Positions 7,301-14,266 of a DNA stretch of 14,266 nucleotides are shown here, in pieces. The stretch's first letter is position 1, and the number at the start of each line of letters is the position of its first letter. Origin of the DNA: Promethearchaeota archaeon (lineage in GTDB: Archaea > Asgardarchaeota > Lokiarchaeia > Sigyniarchaeales > SOKP01); contig JBHLNZ010000074.1 in NCBI GenBank assembly GCA_048941015.1, forward strand, positions 1 to 14,266, read 5' to 3'. The translations under genes and the position numbers were made by a program. Below the pieces are notes generated by a model. It was given only the letters and a program-made list of their open reading frames with translations, ran no database searches and was not told the origin of the DNA.

Positions 7301-8818
7301 TTACTCTCCCTCCCAAAAATTATATTTACCTCTACTTAGTATCATTTTAGGATCTAGAATTTGTTTTATTGATTTCATAAAGTTATAATATTCTTCAGAG
7401 TAAGCACCTATTTCAACCATTAATCGAGACATAAATTCACCCATCATATAATATTGAAGTCCATATTTAACCAGTAATTTGATTAAAGATTTCCACAGCT
7501 TTAAGTTTGTTTCTTGAATAATTTCATAAAGCTCACCTTCATAATACTTCCAGAAACTGAGAAAACCAGCAGTTACTTCAACATTATTTCCATCTACTAA
7601 TGGTATCGGACCACTACCAGAAATAGGTCGAATTTTAGTAATATTAAAAATTTTTTGCATATCTTCATTATGTTCTATATCCCATTGATCAACATCTCTA
7701 ACAACTTGAGGAAACATATGAATTGGGCAGAAACATTCTGCTGAGAGTGGTTGCATAGAAGGAAACATACCCCATAAATTATGATAAAATTGCCAATGTC
7801 CTTGTTCTGTATAATGCCATTTAGCAATATTACCATCTGAAATCTCTGGACCAAGATATTCCGATTTCTTGCTTAAAATAATGTCATCTAAAACTTTCAC
7901 ACTTTCTTTTAATTCTGCCTCTGAATTAGCTTCGATTGTATAAAAAAGCATTCCTTTTTTCTTCTTTATGTGCTCCCATAATGGAAAAAATCCTTGTTTA
8001 GATCCAAGCTCCACTACAACGTCAGTAATAAACATTGTATCATATACATCAATTCCCTTTCTTCGAATTTCCATCATAATCTGAGCAGCAGATTCAACAG
8101 ATTTTCGTGGCAATAAAAAAGTCTTATAATCAGCATATTCCGGTTTTGGGAATACTTTAAGTGATATTTTCGTTTTTACACCAAAAATTCCATTATCCCC
8201 ACAAAAGAGTCCTGCTAGATCTGGACCATTTCCAAATCTATTAAAGGGAAATTTAGAAAATTTATTAGCTTGAGAGCCTGTCTCAATTATATCACCCGTT
8301 GGTAAGACTACTTCTAAAGAGACTAATTGGTTAGTACATGAACCATATTTAGCACAGCCTCCTCCCCCAACTGATTGATGGGAGATTCCGCCTCCAATTG
8401 ATGCTGTCATTCCAGAACCGGGGCCCATGCATCCCGTATATAGCCCATAATGACACAAATATTCATTTAATTTTCCCCATGAGATACCTGATTCGACTGT
8501 AACAATCAAATTTTCTTGATCTAAATTTAAAATATTGTCCATCCTCTTCAAATCTAAAACGATTCCCTCATCATTAATTGGTTTACTTCCGCCAAATTCA
8601 CAGTCACCTCCACCGCGTGGTATTACAGGAATGTTTTCTTCATTTGCAACCTTCAAGATTTCTGAAATTTCTTTGGCATCTTTAGGTCTTATAACTATAT
8701 CCGGTATTCCCTGTAAGACTATATCAACATTTCGTGAATATGCATGACGCACATAGATATCATTTGATATATAATTTTTTGACACAATCTTTTCTAATTT
8801 CTTATACACTTCTGTCAT
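7301..8818 (-). CDS. FAD-binding oxidoreductase, VAO/PCMH superfamily (GlcD/D-lactate dehydrogenase-like)
   Basis: FAD_binding_4 motifs PDIVIRP, IPVIPRGGG, IVLDLKRMDNI, VTVESGI, ASIGG, LEVVLPTG and GPDLAGLFCGDNGIFGV. C-terminal IKQILDPKMILSRGK. Confidence 0.92.
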   Translation of the reverse strand: MTEVYKKLEKIVSKNYISNDIYVRHAYSRNVDIVLQGIPDIVIRPKDAKEISEILKVANEENIPVIPRGGGDCEFGGSKPINDEGIVLDLKRMDNILNLDQENLIVTVESGISWGKLNEYLCHYGLYTGCMGPGSGMTASIGGGISHQSVGGGGCAKYGSCTNQLVSLEVVLPTGDIIETGSQANKFSKFPFNRFGNGPDLAGLFCGDNGIFGVKTKISLKVFPKPEYADYKTFLLPRKSVESAAQIMMEIRRKGIDVYDTMFITDVVVELGSKQGFFPLWEHIKKKKGMLFYTIEANSEAELKESVKVLDDIILSKKSEYLGPEISDGNIAKWHYTEQGHWQFYHNLWGMFPSMQPLSAECFCPIHMFPQVVRDVDQWDIEHNEDMQKIFNITKIRPISGSGPIPLVDGNNVEVTAGFLSFWKYYEGELYEIIQETNLKLWKSLIKLLVKYGLQYYMMGEFMSRLMVEIGAYSEEYYNFMKSIKQILDPKMILSRGKYNFWEGE

Positions 8819-8923
8819 TTTTTATACCTTTGATATTTCAATAAAAATAATATATAATAGTGGGTTTCATATAATTAAATCTTATTTTATTAATCTCATT
8901 AGGCTTTTAATTAGGAAATAGGT

Positions 8924-9517
8924 TTGAAAGTAATAAAAAAGTATATATTAATTTCAAGTTTAGTAATACTTCTTGTAATTCCGATATTCTTTGGAGTATT
9001 TAATCAATATCTTCTTTTAAGCCAGATTAATTTAATTGATATTACTTATTTAGTAATTGGTATGATAATATTATTGCTAATCGGATTCCTAATATCCACT
9101 TTTGTTTATGATACTAAGAGTCTAGAATTAATGAAGAACCATGATGTAATTAATTCTTTAATCACAAGAAATAACAGATTAGTATTAGTTTTATTTTTTC
9201 CATTAACTATGATAATGGAAGAACTAATTTTTAGATACTATATTCTGGGAGTATTTATGATTGAATTAAAATTTGAAACACTTGTAGCAGTTCTTTTATC
9301 AAGTTTAATTTTTTCAGTTTATCATATTCATTTTTGGTTTAAATTTAAGAATCTAAGGATTACTACAACCTATATTATTTATTCTTTCTTACTAGGCCTA
9401 TTCACTGCTTATATCCTTATAACTTTCAACATATTTATTTCAATTTTCGCTCACTATATTATAGCATTCACAATTTACTTTTTATTATTCAAAAAAAAAT
9501 ATAAGAATGAGATTTAA
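8924..9517 (+). CDS. CPBP (Abi/Rce1-like, type II CAAX) intramembrane glutamic endopeptidase
   Basis: Motif 1 EELIFR, motif 2 SSLIFSVYH, motif 4 AHYII. Multiple TM helices. TTG start. Confidence 0.88.
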   Translation: MKVIKKYILISSLVILLVIPIFFGVFNQYLLLSQINLIDITYLVIGMIILLLIGFLISTFVYDTKSLELMKNHDVINSLITRNNRLVLVLFFPLTMIMEELIFRYYILGVFMIELKFETLVAVLLSSLIFSVYHIHFWFKFKNLRITTTYIIYSFLLGLFTAYILITFNIFISIFAHYIIAFTIYFLLFKKKYKNEI

Positions 9518-9521
9518 AATT

Positions 9522-11252
9522 TTACTTATTTCTGAGAGCTTTCTTATCTACTTTACCTACGGACGTTAATGGCATTTCTGGAAGGATTTGGATAATTTTA
9601 GGGACTTTATATTTTGCTAAATTCTCTTGTGCAAATTTCATAATATCTGCTTTTGTTTCTTCCGTATCTTCATATCCTTTTTTCAGTAATATATACAATT
9701 TAACTAATTCCGAACCGGGTCGATCAGGATCTGGAATTCCAACACTAGAACATAGTTCTATAGCAGGATGTTGATTCATTTTATCATCAACCTCAACACT
9801 AAATACTTTATATCCACTAACAATAATCATATCTTTAGTACGATCAACGATAGTGATATAACCATCATCATCCATTACACCAACATCTCCCGAATAAAAC
9901 CATCCGTCTCTAAGAGCATTCTCTGTTTCTTTAGGTTTATTCCAATAACCTTTAAAAATCTGAGGGCCTCTTATTACAATCTCTCCAGGAGTACCTAAAG
10001 GTACTTCTTTATTTCTATCCGTAACGTCAACTAACTTAACTTCTGTATTTGGAAAAGGAACCCCAACAGTTCCAATTTTCTTTTTTCCGAGATATGGATT
10101 CATTGTTACCCCAGGCGAGGCCTCAGTCATTCCATAAGCTTCAACAACTTTACCTTTTCCTGCCGCTTCTTCAAACTCCTTTATACTCTCGGTCGGAAAT
10201 GGAGCTGCACCAGAAATATATGCTTGGACTGAACTCAAATCTATTTTTTTGAACTTGCGATTTTTCAATAGCATCATATAAAGAGTTGGGACATTGTACA
10301 TTAGAGAAATTTTTCCTTCATATTCTTTCATTTTACTGGTCATATAATTGGTATCACGAGGATCTGGTACTAAGATTTGAGCACATCCCATATAGACAGT
10401 TTGTATACAAAATTGTAAACCAGCTAAGTGAAAGAAAGGAAAACCAGAAATATATATATCTTTACCTGGATTTGTTCCAGGTTCAAACCAATTCTCAACA
10501 ATTTGTAGGAGCGAAACTAAGTTCCGATGAGTTAAGATAGCTCCTTTTGGTGGACCAGTGGTTCCTCCTGTATATTGAAGGAGTAAGGTATCATCTGGTT
10601 CTATTTTTACATCAGGTTGTTTGTCTGCAGGATACTTATTTAATATTTCATTATAGGTAAAATATTTAAAACCTTCGAGTGGTTCAACTTTACCAAATGG
10701 AACTTTCCCTATTTTTATCAATTGGTCTTTCATTGCGGGTTCTAAATCTAAAACATCAGCAACATTAGTAGTTATGACCAACTTAACTTCAGTGTTTCCC
10801 ATTTGAAGTGCTTCTCGAACTTTTTCTTCATAAAATGAGTCTAAAGTGATTATTACAGCAGCGCCACAATCTCTTAATTGATAATTAACTTCAATTGGTG
10901 ATAAAAGAAAGTTCATGCCTGATGCTGCACATCCTGCACAGAACGTACCGAATAATGCTACTATGAATTGGGGAACATTTGGTAAGTTTATTACAACCCG
11001 TTCTCCTTTTTCAATTCCATTTTGTGCTAAAAAATTAGCAAAATTATTAACCATCTGTCCTGCTTCCTTAAATGTGGCACAAGATCCTTGAAAATCATAA
11101 CAAAGACTATTCTGATACTTTTCAACAGTTCTTCTAAACATTTCTGCAATCGAATAGACTTCTAAATCTACTATAGGTTTTACATGATCATCATAAGATT
11201 TTAACCATATTTTACTTGAATATGGACTAGAATTGTTACTTATATTCATCAT
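9522..11252 (-). CDS. Long-chain fatty-acid--CoA ligase (AMP-binding, FadD-like)
   Basis: P-loop QYTGGTTGPPKG, plus FPFFH, ISGAAP, EAYGMTE, GEIVIRGPQIFKGYW, GWFYSGD, DRTKDMIIVSG and GKVDK. Confidence 0.93.
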   Translation of the reverse strand: MMNISNNSSPYSSKIWLKSYDDHVKPIVDLEVYSIAEMFRRTVEKYQNSLCYDFQGSCATFKEAGQMVNNFANFLAQNGIEKGERVVINLPNVPQFIVALFGTFCAGCAASGMNFLLSPIEVNYQLRDCGAAVIITLDSFYEEKVREALQMGNTEVKLVITTNVADVLDLEPAMKDQLIKIGKVPFGKVEPLEGFKYFTYNEILNKYPADKQPDVKIEPDDTLLLQYTGGTTGPPKGAILTHRNLVSLLQIVENWFEPGTNPGKDIYISGFPFFHLAGLQFCIQTVYMGCAQILVPDPRDTNYMTSKMKEYEGKISLMYNVPTLYMMLLKNRKFKKIDLSSVQAYISGAAPFPTESIKEFEEAAGKGKVVEAYGMTEASPGVTMNPYLGKKKIGTVGVPFPNTEVKLVDVTDRNKEVPLGTPGEIVIRGPQIFKGYWNKPKETENALRDGWFYSGDVGVMDDDGYITIVDRTKDMIIVSGYKVFSVEVDDKMNQHPAIELCSSVGIPDPDRPGSELVKLYILLKKGYEDTEETKADIMKFAQENLAKYKVPKIIQILPEMPLTSVGKVDKKALRNK

Positions 11253-11284
11253 TTTTGATCAATAATCGAAATTTTTAAGTAAAA

Positions 11285-11306
11285 TTGATAATATCATTAT
11301 TGTCAA
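11285..11306. promoter_or_regulatory. Inverted repeat, candidate operator upstream of the acyl-CoA ligase
   Basis: TTGATAATA-tcat-TATTGTCAA (9-bp arms, one mismatch). A further half-site ATTATCAA lies at 11399-11406. Confidence 0.4.
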
Positions 11307-11443
11307 ATCTATATTTAAAATTATTTAAGGATTGATATTTTTCATATAAAAGCAAAATAAAAAGGGTTTAATGATATTCAATTTTACTTTGTACAATAAT
11401 TATCAAGCAATTTTTTACATTTTGAAATGTGTTGAGTGATTTT

Positions 11444-12310
11444 ATGGAACTTTATTTTCGTGAACTAACAAGAGCAGATATACCTAATATCTTAGATATC
11501 AGTAAGGATATATGGGAAGGAGACGATTATATTCCAAAAGTTATTGAAAGATGGCTTCAAGAAAAAGATTGTATGAATTACGGAACGTTTATAGACGAAA
11601 AAAAGAAAGATTTAATAGGTTTTGGGAGAATTAAGTTATTTCCTAACGGTGTAGCGTGGTTAGAAGGAGGTCGTGTGAAAGTAGCTTATCAGAAAAAAGG
11701 AGTTGGTAGAGAACAGTTAAGATATGCTATAGAATATGCAAAAAAATCTGGAGCAAAGTTTGCACAATATGACACATCTTCAAAAAATTATGGATCAATT
11801 GCCCTCGCGGAGTATTTTGGATTTAAACTGAGAAAAAGAATGGAAGTTTTAAGCTGCAAAGTAGAAGATCTTAAAATTCCCAAAATTAAATTGTCAAAAT
11901 TTACTCAAATTAATCTTGAACAGGCTAAAAGTTTATATAAGAAACTTAATATTGGGTCTGGAGATGAAATTTGCATAGGTTGGTCATATATCCCTCTACA
12001 GTTTCTTAAGGATAAAGGTTCAACATGGTTTAAGACTTCAGATGCAATTTTACATAAAATGAATCTTAGAAATCGTGATGGAGCCGAAATTCCAGATGAA
12101 AACGAAGTTTGGCTGATTACTTATGGTAATCCAAATTCTATTCGAGATTTAATTATTTATGTGATTTTAAGTGAGTTAAAATCGAGAGAAATAAATAAAT
12201 TTGAAATTTTTTGTAATCCTGAGGTTGTAGAAATTATTAAAGATCTTGGTTTTAATTATTGGGAAAATGAACCTTTTGGAGTAATCTTGTTTGAAAAGAG
12301 ATTAAAATAA
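11444..12310 (+). CDS. GNAT family N-acetyltransferase
   Basis: Acetyl-CoA motif A WLEGGRVKVAYQKKGVG and NYGSIALAEYFGF. N-terminal ISKDIWEGDDY. The ORF opens at GTG 11429; ATG 11444 after GAGTGA is preferred. Confidence 0.9.
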   Translation: MELYFRELTRADIPNILDISKDIWEGDDYIPKVIERWLQEKDCMNYGTFIDEKKKDLIGFGRIKLFPNGVAWLEGGRVKVAYQKKGVGREQLRYAIEYAKKSGAKFAQYDTSSKNYGSIALAEYFGFKLRKRMEVLSCKVEDLKIPKIKLSKFTQINLEQAKSLYKKLNIGSGDEICIGWSYIPLQFLKDKGSTWFKTSDAILHKMNLRNRDGAEIPDENEVWLITYGNPNSIRDLIIYVILSELKSREINKFEIFCNPEVVEIIKDLGFNYWENEPFGVILFEKRLK

Positions 12311-12339
12311 TAAAAATTCAAAAAAAAAGAATAAAAATA

Positions 12340-12864
12340 TTAGTAATTTTCAACTTCTACTAATTTTAATTTATAACCTGTTCCACAATGAACGCAAAAA
12401 GCAACTCCACTCTCGGCTAATTGTTCATGCATTTTGGATGTAAATTCTCCACCACATTCACTACAATATGCAGCATTAGGATTGATTGACTGAAATCGAG
12501 GTTCTATTGGTTTCACAGGCTCAGGAACCTTTTGAATTGGTGCTTGGACTATTGGTTCTTCTTGTTCTTTTTCTTCTTTGACAGGTTTAGGCTTTCCAGA
12601 GATCGCATAATAAAGAGCTTCAGCTAATTTATATAGGCCCAAACCTATACCTTTAAGAAGTAAATATACTCCTTTAAGGATATAATAAATTAGATATGCT
12701 ACTCCTTTTAAAACGTAATATACAATGACTACAGCGAGAATTAATGAGGCAACGATTCCGACGATTACTAAAATTTGTCCGTACATAGGAATAGTTAAAA
12801 ACCAATTCATAAATTCTTCTAAACCAAAAAGAATTTGATCACGGATATAATTCCATTCTACCAT
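12340..12864 (-). CDS. Membrane-anchored protein with a Pro-rich linker and C-terminal zinc ribbon
   Basis: Hydrophobic ILVIVGIVASLILAVVIV, three LKG repeats, a P/E/K-rich linker, then CSECG...CVHCG. SD GGTGGT at 12871-12876 on the minus strand. Confidence 0.82.
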   Translation of the reverse strand: MVEWNYIRDQILFGLEEFMNWFLTIPMYGQILVIVGIVASLILAVVIVYYVLKGVAYLIYYILKGVYLLLKGIGLGLYKLAEALYYAISGKPKPVKEEKEQEEPIVQAPIQKVPEPVKPIEPRFQSINPNAAYCSECGGEFTSKMHEQLAESGVAFCVHCGTGYKLKLVEVENY

Positions 12865-13030
12865 TATTTTACCACCTTATAGTTTCTTATATTTTTCATT
12901 CTTAATTGAGAGATGTTTATAATGAATTAAAAAAAATTTGGAGTCCAATTTTTAGTCCATTCGAATCAAAAGAATTTAGAAAAAAGTGGTGTATTTATGC
13001 TTAGTTTAGCAATTCAAATTGAGGATAATT

Positions 13031-13447
13031 ATGCATATTGGCGTAAATATCATTTGCCCTATTTGTAAAGTAAAAAAAGTAATTAACATTCCTAAATCGA
13101 TTGTGAATCAAGCAAAGCAATTATCTACCATCTCTATACCGAAAGGAACTGTATGTAAGCATCATTTTCAAATTTTTATTGATAAAAATTTTAGTATCCG
13201 GGGTTATCAGAAAGTAGATTTTGAACTGGGTAAACAAAAGGATTCAGAAATTAGGAATTTATTACCTCCTTATCCTCTTAAGAAAGAAATGACATTAGGA
13301 GAAATTTATAATGAATTCTGGGAATTTATTGATGATAATAATGAAATCTTTCGAAAATTTATTTTAGCAGATAAAAAAAGAAGAAATTCAATTTCAAATA
13401 CAATTGTTAAAACACCTAATAATAGTGATTTGTTAGAAAGTATTTAA
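13031..13447 (+). CDS. Small hypothetical zinc-binding protein (CPxC...CxH; Lokiarchaeia-type family)
   Basis: CPICK...IPKGTVCKHHFQIFIDKNFSIRGYQKVDF. SD GAGGA (13021-13025) precedes ATG 13031; the ORF opens at TTG 13019. Confidence 0.8.
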   Translation: MHIGVNIICPICKVKKVINIPKSIVNQAKQLSTISIPKGTVCKHHFQIFIDKNFSIRGYQKVDFELGKQKDSEIRNLLPPYPLKKEMTLGEIYNEFWEFIDDNNEIFRKFILADKKRRNSISNTIVKTPNNSDLLESI

Positions 13448-13502
13448 AAAAATTAAAATTTTCAACATTAAATTTTTAAGACTATAAACTAATAATTCTT
13501 AT

Positions 13503-13539
13503 AACAAATTAGATACTTACGTTAAGTTAATAATTTGTT
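13503..13539. promoter_or_regulatory. 37-bp imperfect palindrome, candidate operator of the ABC transporter gene
   Basis: AACAAATTA-gat-ACTTA-cgt-TAAGT-taa-TAATTTGTT; 14 of 18 symmetric positions pair. It ends 62 nt before ATG 13602. Confidence 0.5.
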
Positions 13540-13601
13540 TAATTAAAAAAAGCTTTCAATTCTTAAGATTTATTTATTTAATCTTTCGAGAGTTTCTTTA
13601 A

Positions 13602-14266
13602 ATGAATCTAGGTGGATTAATTAGAAAAGAGTTTGGAAGAATTAGGTCTGATAAAAGAACGCTTATTTTGCTATTTGTAATCCCAATTATCTTAATAATA
13701 ATATTTGGATTAACTACTGGTGTCGGTCCTACTAAATTTTTCACAGCAGCTACTATTACTATTGATGATATGCCAACCTTTGATGATTTCCCTGCTAATT
13801 CTTCTAAATATGATGATACTTTCATATCTATCATGCAAAATCAAACCACTTCATGGGATCTTTACAGAAATTATAATGCTACAAATTCAGAAGAATTTAC
13901 AAATGCCTATCAAAGATGTTATAACTTTCTAAGAAATGGTGATATAGATATCATTATTATTTTACCTGAAAATTTTTCCGAATCAGTTGAAAACAAAACG
14001 AATCCAGTTCTTATTTATCATATTGACGCTTCTGATTTGGAGGCAATAACTGCAATTGAAGTTGCGATTCAAGAGCCTATTGCTTTATTTAGGACTCAGA
14101 CGGATATGATTGCCAATTTTACAATTATGATCCCTTATCTTGAATTTGACGTCCCATTTTGGGAATCCGCAATTTTAAATTATGCAATCCCGTTAATCTT
14201 ACCCATTATTATCCTAGGAACTACTATGAACTTAACATCTCTCTCAATAGTTTCTGAGGGACCGCT
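13602..14266 (+). CDS. ABC-2 type transporter permease, 3' truncated by the window edge (absent from the ORF track)
   Basis: Hand translation is open to the window end: MNLGGLIRKEFGRIRSDKRTLILLFVIPIILIIIFG...LRNGDIDIIIILPENFS...IDASD...YAIPLILPIIILGTTMNLTSLSIVSEGP. The KE/D-R-L-P N-terminus, extracellular loop and second TM are typical of ABC-2 permeases. Confidence 0.9.
   Translation, partial: MNLGGLIRKEFGRIRSDKRTLILLFVIPIILIIIFGLTTGVGPTKFFTAATITIDDMPTFDDFPANSSKYDDTFISIMQNQTTSWDLYRNYNATNSEEFTNAYQRCYNFLRNGDIDIIIILPENFSESVENKTNPVLIYHIDASDLEAITAIEVAIQEPIALFRTQTDMIANFTIMIPYLEFDVPFWESAILNYAIPLILPIIILGTTMNLTSLSIVSEGP

Noticed and set aside
7299-7316. TTG start and 16-nt overlap for the Fe-S gene as given in the ORF track
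   Set aside because: ATG 7298 has a well-spaced SD and removes the overlap.
8924-9517. CPBP protease as part of a prenylation or bacteriocin system
   Set aside because: No complete protein in the window ends in a CaaX motif and no precursor peptide gene is visible; the family is widespread.
8535-10540. Plus-strand ORFs 8535-8747, 9768-9998, 10049-10252 and 10286-10540
   Set aside because: Fully antisense to well-supported enzyme genes, with no recognisable motifs.
13598-13932. ORFs 13598-13834 (-) and 13720-13932 (+)
   Set aside because: Both overlap the ABC permease starting at 13602, one antisense and one out of frame.
1-14266. CRISPR arrays, tRNA/rRNA, IS elements, provirus
   Set aside because: Intergenic gaps are short (about 215 nt or less) and AT-rich. 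No repeat-spacer pattern, GC-rich structured RNA, transposase, integrase or viral gene was seen.

Overview
AT-rich, gene-dense archaeal chromosomal window with no RNA genes, CRISPR arrays or mobile elements visible. An archaeal-type Hsp20, a longin/uDENN-like protein, a CPxC...CxH zinc protein and a GlcD-like/HdrD-like pair point to an Asgard archaeon, probably Lokiarchaeia/Promethearchaeota (inference). There are 12 complete CDS and one 3'-truncated CDS that the ORF track missed. In order: Hsp20 (-); an orphan BrxD-like AAA+ ATPase with a probable inactive PD-(D/E)XK-like C-terminal domain (+); longin/uDENN-like plus helical-repeat protein (-); transglutaminase-like protein (-); about 7-TM histidine kinase (-); CCG-domain Fe-S protein and FAD oxidoreductase in one operon (-); CPBP/Abi protease (+); acyl-CoA ligase (-); GNAT (+); TM plus zinc-ribbon protein (-); small zinc-binding protein (+); ABC-2 permease (+, partial). 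The best candidates for undescribed biology are the ATPase-pseudonuclease fusion divergent from hsp20, the longin protein, the FAD/Fe-S pair lacking the usual metal-binding motifs, and several intergenic palindromes. All family calls come from recognising motifs by eye; no searches were run.
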